Made by a program: the position numbers and the translations under genes. DNA of 43,984 nucleotides, taken from the sequence record GU595417; one strand, given 5' to 3'. This DNA comes from Escherichia phage UAB_Phi78. The notes beneath the pieces were generated by a model. That model did no database searches, was not told where the DNA came from, and worked only from the letters and a program-made list of their open reading frames with translations. Below are positions 7,041 through 16,476 of the stretch, one piece after another; within the stretch, counting starts at the first letter, position 1; each line of letters begins with the position of its first letter.

Positions 7041-9020
7041 ATGGCGATTGTGAACAACATTCCTTGCCCTGAGTGCCAACGCAACGGACATGATAAATCG
7101 GGCAATCACCTCATGATATTTGAGGATGGCGCTGGTTACTGTAACCGTGGTCACTTCCATAATAGTGGTCGGCCCTACTACCACAAACCCGAAGGTGGCA
7201 TAGAAATCACTGAGCTTCCTATTACTGGCAACATTAAGTATACACCTTCACAGTTCCGTGAACTTGAAAAGGAAGGGAAGATAAGCGACCCTAAGCTGCG
7301 CGCCATTGCACTTGGCGGTATGCGTATGAAAGATCGTTGGGAGGTGATGAATGACGAAGAAAGGGCGGAGCAAGAAGCAGAATGGCAGCTTGACGTTGAG
7401 TGGTTCCTTGAACTTAAAAGGAAGAACCTTGTATCACGACACATTCGCGGAGACATTTGCGCCCTCTATGATGTCCGAGTCGGTCATGATGGAGAAGGCA
7501 AGGTTAACAGGCATTACTACCCTCGCTTCGAAGGTGGCAAACTTGTAGGCGCTAAGTGCCGGACGCTACCTAAAGACTTTAAGTTTGGACACCTAGGTAA
7601 ATTGTTCGGCAACCAAGACATGTTCGGCATGAACACAATGTCTAACGTGTTGGACAAGGGACGCCGTAAAGATACCCTGCTCATAGTAGGTGGTGAACTG
7701 GATGCCTTGGCCGCACAACAGATGCTTCTGGATTCTGCCAAAGGCACGAAGTGGGAAGGGCAACCCTATCATGTGTGGTCTATCAACAAGGGCGAGGCTT
7801 GCCTTGAAGAGATCGTGCAGAACCGTGAGCACATCTCACAATTCAAGAAGATTATGTGGGGCTTCGACGGCGATGAGGTAGGGCAGAAGCTGAACCAACA
7901 AGCGGCCCGCCTATTCCACGGTAAGTCTTATATCCTTGAGTACCCTGCTGGCTGCAAGGACGCTAACAAGGCGCTTATGGCTGGCAAATCTAAGGAGTTC
8001 GTCGATGCATGGTTCAATGCCAAGTCGTCAGATGAGGTCTTCGGTAGCCAGATTAAATCCATCGCATCTCAAAGGGATAAGCTGAAGGCTGCACGACCGG
8101 AACCGGGATTGTCTTGGCCTTGGCCTAAGCTGAACAAGATAACCCTTGGCATCCGTAAGCATCAGCTAATCATCGTCGGCGCTGGTTCTGGTGTAGGTAA
8201 GACGGAGTTCCTCCGCGAAGTAGTGAAGCATCTCATTGAAGAACACGGTGAATCTGTCGGTATTATCTCTACGGAAGACCCGATGGTTAAGGTCTCCCGC
8301 GCATTCATTGGTAAGTGGATAGATAAGCGTATTGAACTACCTCCAACCAATGACCCAAGGGAAGATGGCTACCGTGAGGTATTCGACTACACGGAGGAAG
8401 AGGCCAACGCTGCTATCGACTACGTTGCTGACACTGGTAAGCTGTTCGTGGCTGACCTTGAAGGTGACTATTCAATGGAGAAGGTAGAGCAGACTTGCCT
8501 TGAGTTCGAGGCAATGGGTATTTCCAACATCATCATTGATAACTTAACAGGAATTAAATTAGATGAACGAAATTTTGGTGGTAAAGTTGGTGCGCTTGAT
8601 GAGTGCGTCAAAAGAATCGGCACTATCAAAGACCGACATCCGGTTACTATCTTCCTTGTCTCGCACCTTACACGTCCTTCGGGGCAACGTACCTCACACG
8701 AAGAAGGTGGCGAGGTTATCCTTTCTGACTTCCGAGGCTCAGGAGCTATCGGATTCTGGGCTTCTTACGCCTTGGGGATTGAGCGTAATACAAGGGCTGA
8801 AACGCTTGATGAAAGGACTACCACGTACATCTCATGTGTCAAAGACCGAGACCAAGGCATCTACACTGGCACTAAGGTGATGCTTAAAGGCGATGTTAGT
8901 ACAGGTAGATTGATGGAACCACAAGCACGTACTAGGTCATTTGATACAGGCGCTCCAAAAGAGCAAGCTGTACCTGATGAATTAGGTGACACTATAGAAG
9001 ATAACACACAGGAGTTTTAA
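7041..9020 (+). CDS. DNA primase/helicase (T7 gp4-like)
   Basis: N-terminal zinc ribbon CPECQ...CNRGHFH, Walker A GAGSGVGKT, and an acidic C-terminal tail ending ...DNTQEF. The track ORF begins at an upstream GTG (7017); ATG 7041 with GGAGG upstream is preferred. Confidence 0.93.
   Translation: MAIVNNIPCPECQRNGHDKSGNHLMIFEDGAGYCNRGHFHNSGRPYYHKPEGGIEITELPITGNIKYTPSQFRELEKEGKISDPKLRAIALGGMRMKDRWEVMNDEERAEQEAEWQLDVEWFLELKRKNLVSRHIRGDICALYDVRVGHDGEGKVNRHYYPRFEGGKLVGAKCRTLPKDFKFGHLGKLFGNQDMFGMNTMSNVLDKGRRKDTLLIVGGELDALAAQQMLLDSAKGTKWEGQPYHVWSINKGEACLEEIVQNREHISQFKKIMWGFDGDEVGQKLNQQAARLFHGKSYILEYPAGCKDANKALMAGKSKEFVDAWFNAKSSDEVFGSQIKSIASQRDKLKAARPEPGLSWPWPKLNKITLGIRKHQLIIVGAGSGVGKTEFLREVVKHLIEEHGESVGIISTEDPMVKVSRAFIGKWIDKRIELPPTNDPREDGYREVFDYTEEEANAAIDYVADTGKLFVADLEGDYSMEKVEQTCLEFEAMGISNIIIDNLTGIKLDERNFGGKVGALDECVKRIGTIKDRHPVTIFLVSHLTRPSGQRTSHEEGGEVILSDFRGSGAIGFWASYALGIERNTRAETLDERTTTYISCVKDRDQGIYTGTKVMLKGDVSTGRLMEPQARTRSFDTGAPKEQAVPDELGDTIEDNTQEF
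7640..7655 (+). repeat. 16-bp near-palindromic element embedded in the primase coding sequence
   Basis: gtctaacgtgttggac, again translated as SNVLD. Confidence 0.7.
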
Positions 9021-9121
9021 ATGGATGAACTAGGCTTTTGGTTGTTCATGGTTGTATGTATCGTTATGATTAACCTAGACAAACTTGCCATGCTAATTAA
9101 GTAGTGTCCTTATCAGGGCTT

Positions 9122-9137
9122 GTCCAACATGTTGGAC
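9122..9137. repeat. 16-bp element, perfect-palindrome variant
   Basis: gtccaacatgttggac is its own reverse complement. Confidence 0.7.
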
Positions 9138-9176
9138 AGGCTCTTATTAAGCACATTAACTAACTGGAGATTAACT

Positions 9177-9869
9177 ATGAAGCTTAACTTAAAAGTAGGT
9201 GAACGTGTACGTAATATTCGTGTTGGATCTGCACGCGCAGGGTGGCAAGGTGCCGTCATCGTTGTAACAGAGGAGGAGTACGAAGTTCGATGGGATTGCG
9301 GAGAGAAGCAGGCTTATCTTCGTCGCTTCTCACACAAGAACCTTGAGCGCACACATGTAGCAAGCAAATGCACCTGTGTACACGATGAACTGTGTGACCG
9401 CTGTGCTCGTCAAGTCAGTAAGGCACTGACATTCATGGAGCGGTATGGTGCAGGTCACAAGACACTTGCGGAAGCAGCGTGGAATGTGCTCACGATCGAA
9501 CGCTCTAATGGTCGCAAGGTACTGAAGCGTGAGCGTCGTAATGTGATCACAGGCCAGACACAAGCAGAAATGCAAGCACAGTACGGGCCAGCAAAGGGCG
9601 GTATCATATTCAACACCCGTACATTAGGGCGCAGTACAGGTCAAGCCTTTCGCATCTTAGGCGAGGCCATGTGTAATCCTGGTATTGCTATACGTTATGA
9701 AGATGTAGACCATGCAATATCTGAAGGTACGAGTAATAGAGTTGTATTGAACAGACACTTTGAACAGGTGTTACGTGACACTATAGGTGAGCGCAAGGGC
9801 TTTACCTTTGAGCGCGGCCATGTTACATTTAACCCTATCGTTACGGAGGAAACCTATGTCACGCAATGA
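9177..9869 (+). CDS. hypothetical protein (230 aa)
   Basis: ATG 9177 with GGAG RBS; the track ORF starts upstream at 9120 inside the palindromic element, which is unlikely to be the true start. Confidence 0.6.
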   Translation: MKLNLKVGERVRNIRVGSARAGWQGAVIVVTEEEYEVRWDCGEKQAYLRRFSHKNLERTHVASKCTCVHDELCDRCARQVSKALTFMERYGAGHKTLAEAAWNVLTIERSNGRKVLKRERRNVITGQTQAEMQAQYGPAKGGIIFNTRTLGRSTGQAFRILGEAMCNPGIAIRYEDVDHAISEGTSNRVVLNRHFEQVLRDTIGERKGFTFERGHVTFNPIVTEETYVTQ

Positions 9870-10062
9870 CAGCAAGCACAGCCTGAAGTTCCTTGAGCAG
9901 CATGAAGACCTTGCAGCAAAGGTAACTAACCAAGCATTCCTGTTTGCACAACTCACACTGGCTGAAGCTAAGAAGAACAGCCTTACTCGTGAACAGATTA
10001 TTAAGGAAGGTTGCCGTGGTGCAACTCGTCGTATTAAGAACCACAGAAGTGGTGCTCGCTAG
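9856..10062 (+). CDS. hypothetical protein (68 aa)
   Basis: ATG 9856 with GGAGGAA RBS; start overlaps the end of the upstream gene. Confidence 0.5.
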   Translation: MSRNDSKHSLKFLEQHEDLAAKVTNQAFLFAQLTLAEAKKNSLTREQIIKEGCRGATRRIKNHRSGAR

Positions 10063-10079
10063 TTAATAAGTCGTGGCTT

Positions 10080-10095
10080 GTCTAACATGTTGGAC
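10080..10095 (+). repeat. 16-bp near-palindromic element
   Basis: gtctaacatgttggac. Confidence 0.7.
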
Positions 10096-10220
10096 AGGTC
10101 ACTATCATATTAATTGGAGGAATTACTGTATGATTAATTACGATTCTGATTGGGATTACGAAGATTCATTACAGCCTGAACCGGAGACACCAGACTACAA
10201 GTTTGAAACGGAGGCAATGT

Positions 10221-10439
10221 ATGAAGACTATTAAACTAAGTAAAGTTTGCTCTTGCGGTAAAGGTTATCGCAGTCGTATAGATGGTAAGTGTGGGCATTG
10301 CAGATCTAAGAAAGAGGCTGCTTTGTTTGATAAGTACCACCATGAATTAGCCTATAACTATCCTCATCTCACACCTAATTCTTTATTAGGAATTGGCTAT
10401 AGGGTTAAATACTTTGGAGCAGTCTATGAAATCAATTGA
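10221..10439 (+). CDS. small zinc-ribbon-like protein (72 aa)
   Basis: ATG 10221 with GGAGG RBS; cysteine pairs CSCGKG...CGHC. Confidence 0.5.
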   Translation: MKTIKLSKVCSCGKGYRSRIDGKCGHCRSKKEAALFDKYHHELAYNYPHLTPNSLLGIGYRVKYFGAVYEIN

Positions 10440-12972
10440 TTGGAAGAGGGAGGCGGAAGGTCGTATCCTAGTGATGGATGCGGAAGCTAAAGGTCTGCTT
10501 GATGCTATCCGCTACGGGCATCGTGAAGATGTGCATATCATTTGCTGCATGGACTTGCTTACTACCGAGGAGTTCCTCTTCTTTGACCCATATGAGATGC
10601 GTGACCCTGAAGCAAGAGAACGCCTGAAAGAGTGGGAAGGCCATCAAGATGGTGACTTGGTTGATGGTGTTAACTTCCTGAAGTACTGTGAAGCTATCGT
10701 GTCACAGAACTTCTTAGGATATGACGGCCTGCTCTTTGAGAAAGCATTCCCTAATATCTGGAAAGGCTTTAACTACACAGAGAAGCGCGGCAAGGGCAGG
10801 CTCCGTGCCGACCTGTGTCCTGTGCGGGTCATGGACACACTGGTGATGAGCCGCCTGTTAAACCCCGATAGACGCCTCCCTCCGCAAGCATACGCCAAAG
10901 GTATGGGTAACGTCGCCCCTCACTCTATTGAGGCGCATGGTATCCGTATCGGTCGCTATAAGCCTGAGAACGAGGACTGGTCTAAGCTGACAGACCACAT
11001 GGTTCATCGTGTACGTGAGGACGTGGCGATCGGTCGTGACCTGTTCCTGTGGCTATATAATGGCGAGTGGATGGAGCACAAGCGGCGTGGTGTCAATCCA
11101 CGGACTGGCCTTGGCATTGAGACGGCCTTTCACATGGAGTCTATTGTAGCACTGGAGATGTCCCGTCAAGCGGAGCGTGGCTTCCGGTTGGATATAGACA
11201 AGGCACTGGCACGATGCCAGGAACTTGACCAGAAGATCGACGAGACGGTTGCAGCATTCCGACCTCACATGCCAATGCGTATCAAGTCTAAACCCTTCAA
11301 ACCTCAAGAGAAGCAGGAGCAGGTAGATGCAGCAAACTCATTTAGTTTACAGAATCAGATTGGTGTTACGCTTGGAGCCGATGCTTTCATTCATGCCGAG
11401 CGGCGCTCCGATAGGAAGACTGTATGGTCAGTCACTACTAAGTCAGGTGATTGGTCGGCTACTGTCAAGAAAGACTTCCCTCACATCCGAGGAAACATCA
11501 ATGATACTCCGAGCATTAAACACATCGGGCCATATACACCTGTCACCTTCGAAGATATCCCGCTTGGCAACCGAGATACCGTTAAGCAGGTTCTGTATGA
11601 CTTTGGGTGGCGGGGTGTTGAGTTCAACGACACTGAACAATCTTATCTGGACGAGCATGGAGTGTTGCCTAAACCTTGGAGTGGAAAGATAAATGAGAAG
11701 TCCCTTACTTTATGGCAGGAAAGGGCTGCACGTGAAGGTAAGTCAGTCCCTGATTGGTGCTTGGGTATCGCTGCATGGTACATACTCGTTTCCCGTCGTG
11801 GTCAGATCCTCAACCGTGGTGATGTTGAAACCTTCGATGCAACGGGGCGTTGGCCCTCGCAAGCTGGTGTACGAAAGTGTCGCGGCCTTATACCTGTAGC
11901 CTTTAATAAGGAGCTAGGTATCAATGCACAGACGTACTACGAAACGTATGGCTACTGGCCTACGTCCGATAAGGATGACGGAGAGTGGCGTGTTCCCGCT
12001 GTTGCTATTTCTATTGGCACTTCTACGTTCCGTATGCGTCACAGGAATGTGGTTAACATCCCCGCTCGTGGCCTTTACCCTCTTCGTGATTTATTCATAG
12101 CTGGTAAAGGTAAGATGATTCTTGGTTGTGACGGTGCAGGTCTGGAGTTGCGTGTACTCTCGCACTTCATGAACGACCCTGAGTACCAAGAGATCGTCCT
12201 GCATGGTGACATTCATACACATAACCAGCTCAAGGCTGGCCTGCCTAAGCGTGATATGGCGAAGACCTTTATCTACGCATTCCTGTATGGCTCAGGTATT
12301 GCCAACCTCGCTGCGGTATGTGGCGTAACTGAAGATGAGATGAAGGAAGTTGTTGCACGCTTTGAGATAGAGCTACCTTCATTGGCAAGACTTCGTGAGA
12401 ATGTTATTGCGGCAGGTAATCGATATGGATACCTCCAGGCACCTGACGGTCATTGGGGCCGCATCCGTATGAGCGGTGGTGTACTTAAAGAGCACACCAT
12501 GCTTAACGTATTACTCCAGATGACAGGCTCATTGTGCATGAAGTATGCATTGGTTAAGGCCTTTGCAGTCATGCGCCGTGAAGGTGTGGCACTAGATGAC
12601 ATGGGAAATCCGTGTGGCGTGGCTAACGTACACGATGAAATCCAGATGGAAGTACCAGAAGAGGAGGTGTTGTACCTTGACTATGAATTGCCTTTCACGC
12701 TGGAAGGTTTCGAAAATGAGAAGCAAGCCATCAAAGCTGTGTTCGACCCTGAAGAGAAACGTGTGCATGTGGACTCAGAGGGTCGTATGTGGTCTGCTGC
12801 TAACTTGGTTGAAGTTGATGCTGCTGCTGGTGTGCTGCGTTGTCAGCGTCGCTACCACAGGGCTGGTCATATTATCGCTGACGCCATGACTTGGGCTGGC
12901 AAGTATCTTAACATGCGCTGCCCTATGGCTGGCGAATATAAAATAGGTGCAAGTTGGAAGGAGACACACTAA
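10426..12972 (+). CDS. DNA polymerase (family A, T7 gp5-like)
   Basis: Pol I motif B KTFIYAFLYG, motif C VHDE, and an N-terminal exonuclease-like region. ATG 10426 with GGAG RBS is preferred over the track start at 10393. Confidence 0.93.
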   Translation: MKSIDWKREAEGRILVMDAEAKGLLDAIRYGHREDVHIICCMDLLTTEEFLFFDPYEMRDPEARERLKEWEGHQDGDLVDGVNFLKYCEAIVSQNFLGYDGLLFEKAFPNIWKGFNYTEKRGKGRLRADLCPVRVMDTLVMSRLLNPDRRLPPQAYAKGMGNVAPHSIEAHGIRIGRYKPENEDWSKLTDHMVHRVREDVAIGRDLFLWLYNGEWMEHKRRGVNPRTGLGIETAFHMESIVALEMSRQAERGFRLDIDKALARCQELDQKIDETVAAFRPHMPMRIKSKPFKPQEKQEQVDAANSFSLQNQIGVTLGADAFIHAERRSDRKTVWSVTTKSGDWSATVKKDFPHIRGNINDTPSIKHIGPYTPVTFEDIPLGNRDTVKQVLYDFGWRGVEFNDTEQSYLDEHGVLPKPWSGKINEKSLTLWQERAAREGKSVPDWCLGIAAWYILVSRRGQILNRGDVETFDATGRWPSQAGVRKCRGLIPVAFNKELGINAQTYYETYGYWPTSDKDDGEWRVPAVAISIGTSTFRMRHRNVVNIPARGLYPLRDLFIAGKGKMILGCDGAGLELRVLSHFMNDPEYQEIVLHGDIHTHNQLKAGLPKRDMAKTFIYAFLYGSGIANLAAVCGVTEDEMKEVVARFEIELPSLARLRENVIAAGNRYGYLQAPDGHWGRIRMSGGVLKEHTMLNVLLQMTGSLCMKYALVKAFAVMRREGVALDDMGNPCGVANVHDEIQMEVPEEEVLYLDYELPFTLEGFENEKQAIKAVFDPEEKRVHVDSEGRMWSAANLVEVDAAAGVLRCQRRYHRAGHIIADAMTWAGKYLNMRCPMAGEYKIGASWKETH

Positions 12973-13070
12973 TGCAAACAGTTATTATCATAGGAGTTGT
13001 ATTATTATTCGCGGTAGTATTTTGGGCCTTCTCAGGTACTGACCCAGATTGTGATGGTAATTACGATTAA
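12972..13070 (+). CDS. small hydrophobic peptide (32 aa)
   Basis: ATG overlaps the polymerase stop (TAATG); AAGGAGA 9 nt upstream; single predicted transmembrane segment; below the track cutoff. Confidence 0.3.
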   Translation: MQTVIIIGVVLLFAVVFWAFSGTDPDCDGNYD

Positions 13071-13099
13071 GTTAGATTCACCTAAATTCTTCTTACTTG

Positions 13100-13120
13100 A
13101 TTTAGGTGACACTATAGAAG
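13100..13120 (+). promoter_or_regulatory. SP6-type phage promoter (consensus)
   Basis: Exact atttaggtgacactatagaag. Confidence 0.9.
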
Positions 13121-13184
13121 GACAGCCAAGGTAATCTAGGTTATTAAGGCAGTATAGGTAATTAGGTAATATAGGAGAATAAAT

Positions 13185-13562
13185 ATGTCTATGGTAACTA
13201 TCCTTGTAGCAATGTCTCAGTACCTGCGTAGCCTGTCTGTTCGTATGAAGAACAAGGCTATCAAGGCAATTAAAGATCGCATCGCTGTAGTTGAGGCGGA
13301 GCAGGTAGAGTTAGAAGAGAGCCGAAGCAATCGCATGGTTGATTGCCACAAGCGATACTATGCATCTTATGAAGACCTTCGTGCTCGATACGTCAAAGAG
13401 GTGGCTGAGTTACTGGAGCGTCATGAGACGGAGCAGCGTAATCTGAAGGCAGACTTTGAAGAGAACAAGCGCACTATTGCACTTACCTCTCAGGCTGCAT
13501 CTAATGAACTGAAGCGTGAACTTGTAATGCTTAGTTCTGAACTGGATAACCTAACCAAGTAA
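13185..13562 (+). CDS. hypothetical protein (125 aa), coiled-coil-like
   Basis: TAGGAGAATAA RBS; charged heptad-like sequence. Confidence 0.6.
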   Translation: MSMVTILVAMSQYLRSLSVRMKNKAIKAIKDRIAVVEAEQVELEESRSNRMVDCHKRYYASYEDLRARYVKEVAELLERHETEQRNLKADFEENKRTIALTSQAASNELKRELVMLSSELDNLTK

Positions 13563-13581
13563 TTAGGTGACACTGTAGAAC
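13560..13581 (+). promoter_or_regulatory. SP6-type phage promoter (variant)
   Basis: taattaggtgacactgtagaac. Confidence 0.7.
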
Positions 13582-13641
13582 AATAGGTCGATTAAGTTCG
13601 GCCTATGATTGTATCGTGTAACCAAAAGGAGGAATTAATTA

Positions 13642-14451
13642 ATGGCTCGTAATGAATTTAACTTTGGTGCTGAAATTGCCACTTCAACTGGTGGGGTATT
13701 CAAGAACCCAGATGTTGGCGACCATGAAGCTGTTATCTCAGGCATCATTCATGTTGGTTCCTTTCAAGATATATTCAAGAAAGGTAACACTACTGAAGTG
13801 AAGAAGCCAGCTAACTTTGTACTGGTCAAGGTTGTGCTGATGGGCGATGAAGACAAGAACGATGATGACTCTCGCATGGAGCAGTGGATGGCTGTGCCGC
13901 TGAAGTCAGGCGACAAGGCTACGCTTACCAAGTTCCTGAATGCAGTTGACCCGCGTGAGCAGCTTGGAGGTTTCGATGACTTCATTGGAGAATGCATGAC
14001 CGTAAGCATGGTTGGCGATGACAAAGGTGGTAAGAATGAAGATGGCACCTTCAAGTATGTTAACTGGAAGGGATTCGGCGGTATGCCGGATAAGCTGAAG
14101 AAGCTGGTACTGGCTCAGGTTGAAGAGGAAGGTCTGACCATGACAGGTCACATCACCTTCGACAAGCTGACCAAAGACATCATCGACTCTATCCCTGCAC
14201 ACCTTGTCCGTCAGTACCTGCTAAATGAGACACCTCGTGGCAAGAACCTGTCAGTAGCTGGCTCTCACGTAGAGACTATCATTGCTGAAGCTCGTGCCGC
14301 TGACCCTGAGTGGAAGAAGGCCAAGAAGAAAGACAATGACGCTACACCGGAAGACCGTAAGCCGCTAGACACCGGCGCTGCTGTTCCGCAGGAAGTGCCG
14401 GAAGCGCAGAATGCCCCGGCACCTGCTATGGATGAAGATGCTGAGTATTAA
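13642..14451 (+). CDS. hypothetical protein with acidic C-terminal tail (candidate ssDNA-binding protein)
   Basis: AAGGAGG RBS; 269 aa; C-terminus ...PAMDEDAEY is acidic with an aromatic last residue, as in T7 gp2.5. The functional assignment is inference only. Confidence 0.55.
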   Translation: MARNEFNFGAEIATSTGGVFKNPDVGDHEAVISGIIHVGSFQDIFKKGNTTEVKKPANFVLVKVVLMGDEDKNDDDSRMEQWMAVPLKSGDKATLTKFLNAVDPREQLGGFDDFIGECMTVSMVGDDKGGKNEDGTFKYVNWKGFGGMPDKLKKLVLAQVEEEGLTMTGHITFDKLTKDIIDSIPAHLVRQYLLNETPRGKNLSVAGSHVETIIAEARAADPEWKKAKKKDNDATPEDRKPLDTGAAVPQEVPEAQNAPAPAMDEDAEY

Positions 14452-14468
14452 TTAATCAAGGAGGTTTA

Positions 14469-14687
14469 ATGAAAGTAGAAGCAGTAACCCTACACTTCAA
14501 GCCCGGCGTAACGTCGCTGGGCGGCACGCAGTTCATTTCTTTTAGCGAGGGCAAGGCATACCAAGACTTGCACTACATTACCCGTGAAGGGCAGCACGTC
14601 GTGAATTATAGCGACCCGGTGACTGGCAAACGTCACGGCATCGGATTCCCTATGACGGACATCCGTCAGACCAATACGATTCTGTAA
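14469..14687 (+). CDS. hypothetical protein (72 aa)
   Basis: AAGGAGGT RBS. Confidence 0.55.
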   Translation: MKVEAVTLHFKPGVTSLGGTQFISFSEGKAYQDLHYITREGQHVVNYSDPVTGKRHGIGFPMTDIRQTNTIL

Positions 14688-14703
14688 GTCTAACGCGTTG
14701 GAC
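14688..14703 (+). repeat. 16-bp near-palindromic element
   Basis: gtctaacgcgttggac, 16 bp upstream of the promoter at 14720. Confidence 0.7.
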
Positions 14704-14719
14704 AAAATGGTATCCTCTT

Positions 14720-14740
14720 ATTTAGGGGACACTATAGAAG
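14720..14740 (+). promoter_or_regulatory. SP6-type phage promoter (one mismatch)
   Basis: atttaggggacactatagaag. Confidence 0.85.
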
Positions 14741-14792
14741 AGAGAATTTTAATCGGCGATAATGCCACCATTAACAGAAGGAGAATTTAAAT

Positions 14793-15161
14793 ATGTTCAC
14801 TATCGAAACTATCGTAAACCGTGTTGTTAAAGGCGCTACCCTGGTATCCGTTGAGTCTTTCATTATCGTCGATGAAGCTGGCTCGCTGGTAGCTGGTACT
14901 AAGGCTTATGATACCCGTGAAGAAGCTCAGGCTAAGATTGACAGCATGGGTAACTTTGCTGCTGGTCTGGAGTTCGCACGTGCTTGCTTCCCGGAGCAGG
15001 CTGACAAAGCTCAGATTGGTAAGGCTAACATCGTAGCTGAATATCTGGACTGGATTGAAGCAGGTAAGCCTGTGAAAGAAGCTAAGTCTGCTGAAGTTGT
15101 TGAAGCTGCTGCCGAAGAAGCTCCGGTTGCTGCTCAGGTGAGCGAAGAAGAAGAGTTCTAA
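14793..15161 (+). CDS. hypothetical protein with acidic C-terminal tail (122 aa)
   Basis: GAAGGAGAA RBS; ends ...SEEEEF; followed directly by a strong terminator. Confidence 0.65.
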   Translation: MFTIETIVNRVVKGATLVSVESFIIVDEAGSLVAGTKAYDTREEAQAKIDSMGNFAAGLEFARACFPEQADKAQIGKANIVAEYLDWIEAGKPVKEAKSAEVVEAAAEEAPVAAQVSEEEEF

Positions 15162-15168
15162 TTAACAT

Positions 15169-15202
15169 GCCCTGTCTGCCTTAGTGTAGGCAGGGCTTTT
15201 GC
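15169..15202 (+). terminator. intrinsic terminator
   Basis: About 11-bp stem (gccctgtctgc / gtaggcagggc, with G-U pairs) followed by ttttg. Confidence 0.65.
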
Positions 15203-15226
15203 GTAATAGATATTGGAGAATAAATT

Positions 15227-15538
15227 ATGCCGTCTATTGAATCTCGTTTAAAAGCAGACTATGAAAGCTATTATGACCATCTAACCATGACATCTTATTT
15301 AAATGTGTATATTAAACTGGACGGGAGCTTGTTCCATCTCAAGAAATATACTCAGAAAGAGTTGTTTGAGTTAGGTTATTGGATTTGGTCTTATGAAGAG
15401 ATAGCTGAAAAGGTTCTGCTTGAAGTTCTCAAGGAGTGGCCTACATGTCAAGACCAAACTTCGAGTTCGGAGCTACAGTGTCGGAAGACAGTAGTATCAT
15501 CCTGTGGCCGACTGAAGGTAAGAGAATCGCTCTCATAG
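15227..15538 (+). CDS. hypothetical protein (103 aa)
   Basis: GGAGAATAA RBS; overlaps the exonuclease start by about 94 nt, so the true extent is uncertain. Confidence 0.4.
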   Translation: MPSIESRLKADYESYYDHLTMTSYLNVYIKLDGSLFHLKKYTQKELFELGYWIWSYEEIAEKVLLEVLKEWPTCQDQTSSSELQCRKTVVSSCGRLKVRESLS

Positions 15539-16476
15539 ATGGGGACATGATTCCCTACATCATTGGTTACACTATCAATGAGATGACACTTGTCCGAGCT
15601 ATGACTCGTGTTAAGTCAGGACAAGTAGAGCGCATTGAAGATACACCTGAGTGTAAGCAAGCTTGCGATCGCGTAAACTCCATGCTTAACTCTTGGGTGT
15701 ATGGCGCAGAATGTGATGCTGCACGCATCTTCCTCACAAAGTCAGATGCTAACTTCCGCTTACGCTTGGCCTTCACCAAGCCCTACAAGGGTACACGAAA
15801 GGCAGACAAACCTCCATTCTTCTATGAGATGCGACAACATTTGATAAGTGTGCATGGTGCAGAACTGGCAGATGGAGAGGAAGCAGATGACCTTATGAGC
15901 ATCGCACAATGGGACAGTCATCGCCGCTTCTTGCAAGAGGTAGGTAACGAGTTCTCAATAGGAAGCCCTGAGCATAAGGTGTTCTCCGATACTGTTATTG
16001 TATCTGCGGATAAAGACCTAATGATAGTACCGGGATGGCACTTGCAACCGGGAAGCGAGATGAAATGGGTTGAACCTATGGGCTGGCTTGACCTTCGCCG
16101 TAAGGCTAACGGGCAGGTCAAAGACCTTAAAGGTGCAGGCCTCAAGTTCTTCTATGCACAGATGATTATAGGTGACGACATAGATAACTATGCAGGCATC
16201 CCCGGACGTGGGGCCAAGTATGCTTATAACCTCCTTGATAGTTGCAAGACTGAGAAGGAACTCTATATGGCTGTGCTTGGTGCCTACAAGTCTAAGTTCG
16301 GAGAAAGTCAAGTCAAGCTAAAGAACCATAGAGGAACATACCGCATCGGCAAGGCTTTTGATCTTATGCTAGAATGTGGTCGCTTGGCCCATATGGCAAG
16401 GTTCAAAGGCGACATCTGGCGTGCGGATAAGAATCCAATTGTGTGGGGAGATGATGATTCATGGCAATCAGATTGA
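15445..16476 (+). CDS. 5'-3' exonuclease (FEN family, T7 gp6-like)
   Basis: AAGGAG RBS; N-terminal LIDGD and H3TH-type motif GDDIDNYAGIPGRG. Confidence 0.85.
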   Translation: MSRPNFEFGATVSEDSSIILWPTEGKRIALIDGDMIPYIIGYTINEMTLVRAMTRVKSGQVERIEDTPECKQACDRVNSMLNSWVYGAECDAARIFLTKSDANFRLRLAFTKPYKGTRKADKPPFFYEMRQHLISVHGAELADGEEADDLMSIAQWDSHRRFLQEVGNEFSIGSPEHKVFSDTVIVSADKDLMIVPGWHLQPGSEMKWVEPMGWLDLRRKANGQVKDLKGAGLKFFYAQMIIGDDIDNYAGIPGRGAKYAYNLLDSCKTEKELYMAVLGAYKSKFGESQVKLKNHRGTYRIGKAFDLMLECGRLAHMARFKGDIWRADKNPIVWGDDDSWQSD

